A stretch of 64,000 nucleotides of DNA. It comes from Anthoceros angustus (lineage: Eukaryota; Plantae; Anthocerotophyta). Within the stretch, counting starts at the first letter, position 1. The number at the start of each line of letters is the position of its first letter. The notes beneath the pieces are model-generated. The model did not search any database and was not told the DNA's origin. It worked only from the letters and a program-made list of their open reading frames with translations. Of this stretch, positions 1-11,565 are shown in pieces. The position numbers and the translations under genes are program-made. The stretch spans positions 62,001 to 126,000 of the forward strand of contig VJWM01000280.1 in NCBI GenBank assembly GCA_010909165.1, in the 5' to 3' direction.

Positions 1-1595
1 ATAATTAAAAAGTGGAATGTGTAGCCTTGAAATCGTTAACCCACGAGGGCTTTGGACAATGAGTGACTAAGCACAATGATTGTTTTTCAAACAAGAAAGG
101 ATTCCAGTGACCTTGAACCTTGACACCTTACGAGGGGCTTGTCCAATGTTTATGAATATATGTAAGTCGCATCCCTCATTTATATACCCAAGTTTTCCTT
201 GGCCCTTGGGAATCTTACGTGGAATTTTGCATCCCGAAACCCCCTAATTACCATGGGCCAAGGAACAATCATCCTTGGATTTCGTCATCCCCTTTTTTTC
301 CCCTTAAATTCGCCCCACTTCCTTCGAGGTTGATTCCGTCCTTGGACTTTGGCCTCACAAATTTTTCCACAAAGTTCTTCTTTCTCAGAACGCCGGGACG
401 CCAAGAGTCCGCTAGCCTACTTGCGCCTCGGGACGCCGGGAGTCTGCCGTCCTATTGGCGCACTCCCGGCACACCCGCAAGGCCAAGATGCACGGAGTCC
501 GTCGGCCTACCCGCACGATCGAGCCTCCCACTCCCCAATGCGACGTTCTCTCGGCCCACGGTTTAGGGTTATCGGGCCTACCACTCCCGAGTCGCCGTCC
601 TTTCGGCCCTCCGTGAGACTTCTCACCGGTGAGTGCACGATGGCATCGTGCAATCCCGACCAGAATCGGTGAAGCTTGAGAAACCGTTTTAATTTTTGAA
701 AGTGTTTCGTAGAAAGGGCCTATGTAAATTAGCCTACTTGTACCAAATATCAAAGGCTATCGCGGTCAAGCTATGTTGGAGCTTGAAATGACAACTTGCA
801 TGCGAGAAGGAAAACTGAAGTCAACCAAGAACAACCTTTAGACTAAACCACATCCTTGTAGGCGGTGAAAACCAAGCGTGGGATGAAAACAATCACTACT
901 ATTCAAGTTTTGAAAAGGGTGGAGACCCCATTAAAAGCGTTGAGCGTTTTTAGAGGACTTAACTTTCTCGAAGGAGAAGCTCTTTTGCCCACCAAAATTT
1001 TCAAACCTCCTAGGAGCAAAGATTTGCATAGTACTAAATTGCAATCAAGAATGTAGGTCGCTAGAATGAAGGTGGCGAGATAGTCTAAAATCTTATGTGA
1101 AACGAGTCATGTCCATGCACACGATGTTTGATTTAACGTAAGCAAAAATCTTGTCACTAAAGGGCGTGGACGAAGGTCTTTTTCCAATCCATGAAGTCCA
1201 TCGGCAAACCTTTAACTTTGCATGGTCGGGAGTGTGCATGAGTGTAAGTGTTGGGAATGCGTGTTGATGACCGTGGAATGCGATGCGGATGTATGGATGG
1301 GCGCGGGTCGGATGCATAGGATTCAAACATTGGATTAATGGAGGAGTCTCGGTCACGGCAGCTATGTCGACTATGTGCGACGCGACATACTCCTCACATC
1401 ATTCTTGGCACCCGGGACAAACATTTGACCCCTTGCTTCAAGCATAACAAATTGGCCGTCATAATGCACATCTATTGATACATTTAATTTTACGTAGTGA
1501 GAAAAAGTCACGACCATGCGCATGCTAGTATGTGAGCTCAAGCACACAGCTGAGCTATTTGATTGAAGGCAAGTTCACAACAGATAATCTAAGGC

Positions 1596-2541
1596 TCAAT
1601 TCGAGCTCTTCCAAACAAAAATTCCCACTTTGCAAAAACCATGCCGGTACTATAACGGATGCATGCGGACGCAAAAATCGGTAAGTGCTCTTGAGCGTAC
1701 TCACCGCCACATTACATCGTCGGCAATGCTCTTGAGCGAGCTGCAGTTCCCTCGAGATCTTCTGGACCATGTATATAACTCCGGTGACCGATCGTGGGAG
1801 CTTGGATATCGAATTTTGTTTTCCGAGGGCACTCACGGCTTGAAAGACAGCTCGCACTTCCTTGCGCATTTCGAGCTGGAACAAAAGCAGTCTTTGCAAA
1901 ATCCTTGGGCCGGATAGCTTTGGACGCGCACGGCGGATTTCCTCGGGTGCGCGGCTCGTCATGCACGGCCCTCATTTCTAGGAGGTCCACCAACTTCCCA
2001 ACAACCCCCTGGTCAAGGCTATAGCTGCGAGTACCCAAAGCCTCGTAGATTTCTTGCATTGACCGAGGAGTCCTTTCTTCTTTACAAGCCACGTACATAG
2101 CAGCAGCCACATACGTCTCTTCACAACTCCCTTTTCTCAAGACCCTCGCCTTCTTGTACAAGGAACTTGCCAATACCTGCGTGTTGTGCACAATTCTCAT
2201 TCTTTCTGCGAGCTCTGAAATCCTATCAAAGGCAGATATCAGGCTGCCGTCATGAGTGGGAACCCGTGCATTCGTGTTCCGCAGGTGTGGATGCAACCCA
2301 TTTTTCCTTGCGCTGTAGTGCGGATGCAAGTGGTTAGGCCAGCATGGTCGAGCAAGTCATCCGTGTCGTGGGGCGTCCCACACGCTCCTTCTCCTCGTGC
2401 TCGGTGTCATTATCGAACTTCCTATATTCCAAGGTTTCGTCGACACGACGTTCTTCTAACACTAGACCGCACTGCAAATGCTGCTCCACCTGTCCTCATA
2501 AATCTCTGTCTTTATCTTGCACTCTAGACATTTCACTCCAT
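1596..2541 (-). CDS. TFIIB: TFIIB-like transcription initiation factor, copy 1 (frameshifted as written)
   Basis: ORF 1712-2329 has SLISAFDRISELAERMRIV...AAAMYVACKEERTPRSMQEI (cyclin repeat 1) and AIRPKDF. ORF 1555-1962 has SVTGVIYMV...CNVAVSTLKSTYRFLRPHASVIVPAWF (repeat 2). Both match plant TFIIB motifs (LIQAF..I..M.ERL; AACLYIACRQE.KPRT.KEI; DF.RRFCS.L; SP.SIAA..IY; GVAEGTIRNSYK.L.P....I.P.W). Confidence 0.85.
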
Positions 2542-2732
2542 ATTCTCATGTCCGAGATAATTAAAAAGTGGAATGTGTAGCCTTGAAATCGTTAACCCAC
2601 GAGGGCTTTGGACAATGAGTGACTAAGCACAATGATTGTTTTTCAAACAAGAAAGGATTCCAGTGACCTTGAACCTTGACACCTTACGAGGGCTTGTCCA
2701 ATGTTTATGAATATATGTAAGTCGCATCCCTC

Positions 2733-2741
2733 ATTTATATA
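2733..2741 (-). promoter_or_regulatory. TATA-like box (TATATAAAT) ~190 nt upstream of the TFIIB ATG, present in each unit
   Basis: The plus strand reads CCCTCATTTATATACCC, i.e. minus GGGTATATAAATGAGGG. It is invariant in all copies and upstream of the ATG at 2541. Function is inferred. Confidence 0.5.
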
Positions 2742-4144
2742 CCCAAGTTTTCCTTGGCCCTTGGGAATCTTACGTGGAATTTTGCATCCGAAACCCCTAA
2801 TTACCATGGGCCAAGGAACAATCATCCTTGGATTTCGTCATCCCTTTTTTCCCCCTTAAATTCGCCCCACTTCCTTGAGGTTGATTCCGTCCTTGGACTT
2901 TGGCCTCACAAATTTTTCCACAAAGTTCTTCTTTCTCGCCGGACGCCAAGAGTCCGCTAGCCTACTTGCGCCCTCGGGACGCCGGAGTCTGCCGTCCTAT
3001 TGGCGCACTCCGGCACACCAAGGCCAAGATGCACGGAGTCCGTCGGCCTACCCGCACGATCGAGCCTCCCACTCCCCAATGCGACGTTCTCTCGGCCCAC
3101 GGTTTAGGGTTATCGGGCCTACCACTCCCGAGTGCGCCGTCCTTTCGGCCCTCCGTGAGACTTCTCACCGGTGAGTGCACGATGGCGGTGTCGTGCAATC
3201 CCGACCAGAATCGTGAAGCTTGAGAAACCGCTTTTAATTTTTGAAAGTGTTTCGTAGAAAGGGCCTATGTAAATTAGCCTACTTGTACCAAATATCAAAG
3301 GCTATCGCATCAAGCTATGTTGGAGCTTGAAATGACAACTTGCATGCAGAGAAGGAAAATCAAGTCAACCAAGAACAACCTTTAGACTAAACCACATCCT
3401 TGTAGAGGCGGTGAAAACCAAGCGTGGGATGAAAACAATCACTACTATTCAAGTTTTGAAAAGGGTGGAGACCCCATTAAAAGCGTTGAGCGTTTTTAGA
3501 GGACTTAACTTTCTCAAGGAGAAGCTCTTTTGCCCACCAAAATTTTCAAACCTCCTAGGAGCAAAGATTTGCATAGTACTAAATTGCAATCAAGAATGTA
3601 GGTCGCTAGAATGAAGGTGGCGATAGTCTAAAATCTTATGTGAAACGAGTCATGTCCATGCACACGATGTTTGATTTAACGTAAGCAAAAATCTTGTCAC
3701 TAAAGGACGTGGACGACGAAGGTCTTTTTCCAATCCATGAAGTCCATCGGCAAACCTTTAACTTTGCATGGTCGGGAGTGTGCATGAGTGTAAGTGTTGG
3801 GAATGCGTGTTGACGATGCCGACCGTGGAATGCGATGCGGATGTATGGATGGGCGCGGGTCGGATGCATAGGATTCAAACATTGAGTTAATGGAGGAGTC
3901 TCGGTCACGGCAGCTATGTCGACTATGTGCGACGCGACATACTCCTCACATCATTCTTGGCACCGGGACAAACATTTGACCCCTTGCTTCAAAGCATAAC
4001 AAATTGGCCGTCATAATGCACATCTATTGATACATTGAATTTTACGTAGTGAGAAAAAGTCATGACCATCTGCATGCTAGTATGTGAGCTCAAGCACACG
4101 GTGAGCTATTTGATTGAAGGCAAGTTCACAAGATAATCTAAGGC

Positions 4145-5091
4145 TCAATTCACGAGCTCTTCCAAACAAAAATTCCCACTTTGCAAAAACCATGCGGTAC
4201 TATAACGGATGCATGCGGACGCAAAAATCGGTAAGTGCTCTTGAGCGTACTCACCGCCACATTACATGCGTCGGCAATGCTCTTGAGCGAGCTGCAGTTC
4301 CCTCGAGATCTTAGACCATGTATATAACTCCGGTGACCGTGGGGAGCTTCGGATATCGAATTTTGTTTTCCGAGGGCACTCACTTGAAAGACCTCGCACT
4401 TCCTTGCGCATTTCGAGCTGGAACAAAGCAGTCTTTGCAAAAATCCTTGGGCGGATAGCTTTGACGCGGATTTCCTCGGGTCTGCTCGTCATGCACGGCC
4501 CTCATTTCTAGGAGGTCCACCAACTTCCCAACAACCCCTGGTCAAGGCTATAGCTGCAGTACCCAAAGCCTCGTAGATTTCTTGCATTGACCGAGGAGTC
4601 CTTTCTTCTTTACAAGCCACGTACATAGCAGCCACATACGTCTCTTCACAACTCCCTTTTCTCAAGACCTCGCCTTCTTGTACAAGGAACTTGCCAATAC
4701 TGCGTGTTGTGCACAATTCTCATTCTTTCTGCGAGCTCAAATCCTATCAAAGGCGGATATCAGTCTTGCATGAGTGGGAACCCGTGCATTCGTGTTCCGC
4801 AGTGTGGATGCAACCCATTTTCCTTGCGCTGTAGTGCGGATGCAAGTGGTTAGGCCAGCATGGTCGAGCAAGTCATCCGTGTCGTGGGGCGTCCCACACG
4901 CTCCTTCTCCTCGTGCTCGGTGTCATTATCGAACTTCCTATATTCCAAGGTTTCGTCGACACGACGTTCTTCTAACACTAGACCGCACTGCAAATGCTCT
5001 TGAGCGTACTCACCGCCACATTACATCGTCTCTTCACAACTCCCTTTTCTCAAGACCTCGCCTTCTTGCACTCTAGACATTTCGACTCCAT
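4145..5091 (-). CDS. TFIIB: TFIIB-like copy 2 (Zn-ribbon region overwritten by a mosaic patch at ~4993-5066)
   Basis: ORFs 4150-4440 and 4489-4716 carry the TFIIB repeat 1 and repeat 2 motifs. Sequence is near-identical to copy 1. Confidence 0.75.
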
Positions 5092-6695
5092 ATTCTCGTC
5101 ACGAGATAATTAAAAAGTGGAATGTGTAGCCTTGAAATCGTTAACCCACGAGGGCTTTGGACAATGAGTGACTAAGCACAATGATTGTTTTTCAAACAAG
5201 AAAGGATTCCAGTGACCTTGAACCTTGACACCTTACGAGGGCTTGTCCAATGTTTATGAATATATGTAAGTCGCATCCCTCATTTATATACCCAAGTTTT
5301 CCTTGGCCCTTGGGAATCTTACGTGGAATTTTGCATCCCGAAACCCCTAATTACCATGGGCCAAGGAACAATCATCCTTGGATTTCGTCATCCCTTTTTT
5401 CCCCCTTAAATTCGCCCCACTTCCTTCGAGGTTGATTCCGTCCTTGGACTTTGGCCTCACAAATTTTTCCACAAAGTTCTTCTTTCTCGAGCCGGACGCC
5501 AAGAGTCCGCTAGCCTACTGCGCCGGACGCCGGAGTCTGCCGTCCTATTGGCGCACTCCCGGCACACCCGCAAGGCCAAGATGCACGGAGTCCGTCGGCC
5601 TACCCGCACGATCGAGCCTCCCACTCCCCAATGCGACGTTCTCTCGGCCCACGGTTTAGGGTTATCGGGCCTACCACTCCCGAGTGCGCCGTCCTTTCGG
5701 CCCTCCCGTGAGACTTCTCACCGGTGAGTGCACGATGGCAGCTGTCGTGCAATCCCGACCCTGTAACTGGTGAAGCTTGAGAAACCGTTTTAATTTTTGA
5801 AAGTGTTTCGTAGAAAGGGCCTATGTAAATTAGCCTACTTGTACCAAATATCAAAGGCTATCGCAGTCAAGCTATGTTGGAGCTTGAAATGACAACTTGC
5901 ATGCAGAGAAGGAAAAGCAAGTCAACCAAGAACAACCTTTAGACTAAACCACATCCTTGTAGAGGCGGTGAAAACCAAGCGTGGGATGAAAACAATCACT
6001 ACTATTCAAGTTTTGAAAAGGGTGGAGACCCCATTAAAAGCGTTGAGCGTTTTTAGAGGACTTAACTTTCTCAAGGAGAAGCTCTTTTGCCCACCAAAAT
6101 TTTCAAACCTCCTAGGAGCAAAGATTTGCATAGTACTAAATTGCAATCAAGAATGTAGGTCGCTAGAATGAAGGTGGCGAGATAGTCTAAAATCTTATGT
6201 GAAACGAGTCATGTCCATGCACACGATGTTTGATTTAACGTAAGCAAAAATCTTGTCACTAAAGGGCGTGGACGGCGAAGGTCTTTTCAATCCATGAAGT
6301 CCATCGGCAAACCTTTAACTTTGCATGGTCGGGAGTGTGCATGAGTGTAAGTGTTGGGAATGCGTGTTGGCGATCGACCGTGGAATGCGATGCGGATGTA
6401 TGGATGGGCGCGGGTCGGATGCATAGGATTCAAACATTGGCTTAATGGAGGAGTCTCGGTCACGGCAGCTATGTCGACTATGTGCGACGCGACATACTCC
6501 TCACATCATTCTTGGCACCGGGACAAACATTTGACCCCTTGCTTCAAAGCATAACAAATTTGGCCGTCATAATGCACATCTATTGATACATTGAATTTTA
6601 CGTAGTGAGAAAAGTCACGACCATGCATGCTAGTATGTGAGCACAAGCACACATGAGCTATTTGATTGAAGGCAAGTTCACGCATAATCTAAGGC

Positions 6696-7618
6696 TCAAT
6701 TCACGAGCTCTTCCAAACAAAAATTCCCACTTTGCAAAAACCATGCCGGTACTATAACGGATGCATGCGGACGCAAAAATCGGTAAGTGCTCTTGAGCGT
6801 ACTCACCGCCACATTACATGCGTCGGCAATGCTCTTGAGCGAGCTGCACGGTTCCCTCGAGATCTTCTGAGACCATGTATATAACTCCGCGGTGACCGTG
6901 GGGAGCTTGGATATCGAATTTTTGTTTTCCGAGGCACTCACTTGAAAGACAGCTCTCGCACTTCCTTGCGCATTTCGAGCACAGAACAAAGCAGTCTGCA
7001 AAATCCTTGGGCGGATAGCTTTGACGCGACGGCGGATTTCCTCGGGTCCATGCACGGCCCTCATTTCTAGGAGGTCCACCAACTTCCCAACAACCCCTGG
7101 TCAAGGCTATAGCTGCAGTACCCAAAGCCTCGTAGATTTCTTGCATTGACCGAGAGTCCTTTCTTCTTTACAAGCCACGTACATAGCAGCCACATCGTCT
7201 CTTCACAACTCCCTTTTCTCAAGACCCTCGCCTTCTTGTACAAGGAACTTGCCAATACTGCGTGTTGTGCACAATTCTCATTCTTCTGCGAGCTCGAAAT
7301 CCTATCAAAGGCGGATATGTCATTGCCATGAGTGGGAACCCGTGCATTCGTGTTCCGCGGTGTGGATGCAACCCATTTTTCCTTGCGCTGTAGTGCGGAT
7401 GCAAGTGGTTAGGCCAGCATGGTCGAGCAAGTCATCCGTGTCGTGGGGCGTCCCACACGCTCCTTCTCCTCGTGCTCGGTGTCATTATCGAACTTCCTAT
7501 ATTCCAAGGTTTCGTCGACACGACGTTCTTCTAACACTAGACCGCACTGCAAATGCATCTCGGACTGCTGTCCTCATAAATCTGTCTTTATCTTGCACTC
7601 TAGACATTTCAGCTCCAT
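6696..7618 (-). CDS. TFIIB: TFIIB-like copy 3
   Basis: ORF 6696-7082 ends ...SLKSIADACNVAVSTLKSTYRFLRPHASVIVPAWFLQSGNFCLEELVN*. The 5' end reads ATG GAG CTG AAA TGT CTA GAG TGC (MELKCLEC). Confidence 0.8.
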
Positions 7619-9206
7619 ATTCTCCGTCCCGAGATAATTAAAAAGTGGAATGTGTAGCCTTGAAATCGTTAACCCACGAGGGCTTTGGACAATGAGTGAC
7701 TAAGCACAATGATTGTTTTTCAAACAAGAAAGGATTCCAGTGACCTTGAACCTTGACACCTTACGAGGGCTTGTCCAATGTTTATGAATATATGTAAGTC
7801 GCATCCCTCATTTATATACCCAAGTTTTCCTTGGCCCTTGGGAATCTTACGTGGAATTTTGCATCCGAAACCCCTAATTACCATGGGCCAAGGAACAATC
7901 ATCCTTGGATTTCGTCATCCCTTTTTTCCCCTTAAATTCCACTTCCTTCGAGGTTGATTCCGTCCTTGGACTTTGGCCTCACAAATTTTTCCACAAAGTT
8001 CTTCTTTCTCGAGCCGGACGCCAAGAGTCCGCTAGCCTACTTGCGCCCTCGGGACGCCGGAGTCTGCCGTCCTATTGGCGCACTCGGCACACCAAGGCCA
8101 AGATGCACGGAGTCCGTCGGCCTACCCGCGATCGAGCCTCCCACTCCCCAATGCGGCGTTCTCTCGGCCCACGGTTTAGGGTTATCGGGCCTACCACTCC
8201 CGAGTCGCCGTCCTTCGGCCCTCCGTGAGACTTCTCACCGGTGAGTGCACGATGGCGGTCGTGCAATCCCGACCAGAATCGTGAAGCTTGAGAAACCGTT
8301 TTAATTTTTGAAAGTGTTTCGTAGAAAGGGCCTATGTAAATTAGCCTACTTGTACCAAATATCAAAGGCTATCGCATCAAGCTATGTTGGAGCTTGAAAT
8401 GACAACTTGCATGCAGAGAAGGAAATCAAGTCAACCAAGAACAACCTTTAGACTAAACCACATCCTTGTAGGCGGTGAAAACCAAGCGTGGGATGAAAAC
8501 AATCACTACTATTCAAGTTTTGAAAAGGGTGGAGACCCCATTAAAAGCGTTGAGCGTTTTTAGAGGACTTAACTTTCTCGAAGGAGAAGCTCTTTTGCCC
8601 ACCAAAATTTTCAAACCTCCTAGGAGCAAAGATTTGCATAGTACTAAATTGCAATCAAGAATGTAGGTCGCTAGAATGAAGGTGGCGAGATAGTCTAAAA
8701 TCTTATGTGAAACGAGTCATGTCCATGCACACGATGTTTGATTTAACGTAAGCAAAAATCTTGTCACTAAAGGGCGTGGACGAAGGTCTTTTTCCAATCC
8801 ATGAAGTCCATCGGCAAACCTTTAACTTTGCATGGTCGGGAGTGTGCATGAGTGTAAGTGTTGGGAATGCGTGTTGACGATCGACCGTGGAATGCGATGC
8901 GGATGTATGGATGGGCGGGTCGGATGCATAGGATTCAAACATTGATTAATGGAGGGAGTCTCGGTCACGGCAGCTATGTCGACTATGTGCGACGCGACAT
9001 ACTCCTCACATCATTCTTGGCACCGGGGACAAACATTTGACCCCTTGCTTCAAAGAAGCATAACAAATTGGCCGTCATAATGCACATCTATTGATACATT
9101 GAATTTTACGTAGTGAGAAAAAGTCACGACCATGCATGCTAGTATGTGAGCACAAGCACACAGCTGAGCTATTTGATTGAAGGCAAGTTCACAGATAATC
9201 TAAGGC

Positions 9207-10016
9207 TCAATTCACGAGCTCTTCCAAACAAAAATTCCCACTTTGCAAAAACCATGCGGTACTATAACGGATGCATGCGGACGCAAAAATCGTAAGTGCT
9301 CTTTTGCCCACCAAAATTTTCAAACCTCCTAGGAGCAAAGATTTGCATAGTACTAAATTGCAATCAAGAATGTAGGTCGCTAGAATGAAGGTGGCGATAG
9401 TCTAAAATCTTATGTGAAACGAGTCATGTCCATGCACACGATGTTTGATTTAACGTAAGCAAAAATCTTGTCACTAAAGGGCGTGGACGACGAAGGTCTT
9501 TTTCCAATCCATGAAGTCCATCGGCAAACCTTTAACTTTGCATGGTCGGGAGTGTGCATGAGTGTAAGTGTTGGGAATGCGTGTTGACGATGCCGACCGT
9601 GGAATGCGATGCGGATGTATGGATGGGCGGGTCGGATGCATAGGATTCAAACATTGATTAATGGAGGGAGTCTCGGTCACGGCAGCTATGTCGACTATGT
9701 GCGACGCGACATACTCCTCACATCATTCTTGGCACCGGGGACAAACATTTGACCCCTTGCTTCAAAGAAGCATAACAAATTGGCCGTCATAATGCACATC
9801 TATTGATACATTGAATTTTACGTAGTGAGAAAAAGTCACGACCATGCATGCTAGTATGTGAGCACAAGCACACAGCTGAGCTATTTGATTGAAGGCAAGT
9901 TCACAACAGATAATCTAAGGCTCAATTCACGAGCTCTTCCAAACAAAAATTCCCACTTTGCAAAAACCATGCGGTACTATAACGGATGCATGCGGACGCA
10001 AAAATCGTAAGTGCTC
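9207..10016 (-). pseudogene. Two isolated TFIIB 3'-end fragments (9207-9302, 9922-10016) inside ~716-bp sub-duplications
   Basis: The last ~30 codons stop at GTAAGTGCTCTT, which continues into the spacer sequence GCTCTTTTGCCCACC. Confidence 0.75.
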
Positions 10017-10635
10017 TTTTGCCCACCAAAATTTTCAAACCTCCTAGGAGCAAAGATTTGCATAGTACTAAATTGCAATCAAGAATGTAGGTCGCTAGAA
10101 TGAAGGTGGCGATAGTCTAAAATCTTATGTGAAACGAGTCATGTCCATGCACACGATGTTTGATTTAACGTAAGCAAAAATCTTGTCACTAAAGGGCGTG
10201 GACGACGAAGGTCTTTTTCCAATCCATGAAGTCCATCGGCAAACCTTTAACTTTGCATGGTCGGGAGTGTGCATGAGTGTAAGTGTTGGGAATGCGTGTT
10301 GACGATGCCGACCGTGGAATGCGATGCGGATGTATGGATGGGCGCGGGTCGGATGCATAGGATTCAAACATTGATTAATGGAGGGAGTCTCGGTCACGGC
10401 AGCTATGTCGACTATGCGACGCGACATACTCCTCACATCATTCTTGGCACCCGGGACAAACATTTGACCCCTTGCTTCAAAGAAGCATAACAAATTTGGC
10501 CGTCATAATGCACATCTATTGATACATTTAATTTTACGTAGTGAGAAAAAGTCACGACCATCTTGCATGCTAGTATGTGAGCACAAGCACACAGCTATTT
10601 GATTGAAGGCAAGTTCACAACAGATAATCTAAGGC

Positions 10636-11565
10636 TCAATTCACGAGCTCTTCCAAACAAAAATTCCCACTTTGCAAAAACCATGCCGGTACTATAACGG
10701 ATGCATGCGGACGCAAAAATCGGTAAGTGCTCTTGAGCGTACTCACCGCCACATTACATGCGTCGGCAATGCTCTTGAGCGAGCCGCAGTTCCTCGAGAT
10801 CTTCTGACCATGTATATAACTCCGGTGACCGTGGGGAGCTTGGATATCAATTTTTGTTTTCCGAGGGCACTCACGGCTTGAAAGACAGCTCTCGCACTTC
10901 CTTGCGCATTTCGAGCTGGAACAAAGCAGTCTTGCAAAATCCTTGGGCGGATAGCTTTGACGCCAAGACGGCGGATTTCCTCGGGTCTGTGACTCGTCAT
11001 GCACGGCCCTCATTTCTAGGAGGTCCACCAACTTCCCAACAACCCCTGGTCAAGGCTATAGCAGTACCCAAAGCCTCGTAGATTTCTTGCATTGACCGAG
11101 AGTCCTTTCTTCTTTACAAGCCACGTACATAGCAGCAGCCACATCGTCTCTTCACAACTCCCTTTTCTCAAGACCCTCGCCTTCTTGTACAAGGAACTTG
11201 CCAATACACCGTGTTGTGCACAATTCTCATTCTTCTGCGAGCTCGAAATCCTATCAAAGGCGGATATCAGTCCGTCATGAGTGGGAACCCGTGCATTCGT
11301 GTTCCGCGGTGTGGATGCAACCCATTTTTCCTTGCGCTGTAGTGCGGATGCAAGTGGTTAGGCCAGCATGGTCGAGCAAGTCATCCGTGTCGTGGGGCGT
11401 CCCACACGCTCCTTCTCCTCGTGCTCGGTGTCATTATCGAACTTCCTATATTCCAAGGTTTCGTCGATCGACGTTCTTCTAACACTAGACCGCACTGTGC
11501 AAAATCTCGCCTGCACTGTCCTCATAAATCTGTCTTTATCTTGCACTCTAGACATTTCACTCCAT
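10636..11565 (-). CDS. TFIIB: TFIIB-like copy 4
   Basis: ORFs 10636-11031 (repeat 2 and C-terminus), 11016-11204 and 11358-11555 (SIDETLEYRKFDNDTEHEEKERVGRP). Confidence 0.8.

Noticed and set aside
558-572. GGTTTAGGGTT plant-telomere-like heptamer in each unit
   Set aside because: Single copy per unit, not a telomeric tract; also not a perfect telo-box.
618-635. Short palindromes (CTCACCGGTGAG, CTCCTAGGAG, TAGTACTA)
   Set aside because: Expected by chance and amplified passively with the unit; no structural context.
865-1070. Identical 67-aa plus-strand ORF MKTKRGMKTITT...ECRSLE in at least 10 units (up to ~99 aa upstream)
   Set aside because: GTG start and no recognisable motif. Its conservation is explained by the error-free AT-rich spacer in near-identical copies. 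No coding evidence.
893-1500. CACTAC at ~893 and GTAGTG at ~1495 suggesting a CACTA element
   Set aside because: The match is only 6 bp, with no extended TIR, no 3-bp TSD (AAT versus AGA) and no subterminal repeats.
1000-1535. Helitron-type rolling-circle origin (CTAG sites; tandem arrays are known for Helitrons)
   Set aside because: No convincing GC-rich hairpin ~10 nt upstream of any CTAG and no defined 5' TC end. It cannot be supported from the sequence.
1596-2541. Programmed ribosomal frameshifting or diversity generation to explain the broken frames
   Set aside because: Frameshift sites differ between copies, lack slippery-heptamer or pseudoknot context, and track CG/CHG and homopolymer sites. 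No RT or template-repeat system is present.
2252-2580. Recurrent plus-strand ORFs (MVEQVIRVVGRP..., MQPIFPCAVVRMQVV..., MQKPCRYYNG...)
   Set aside because: Antisense shadows of the TFIIB CDS, with variable starts and ends between copies.
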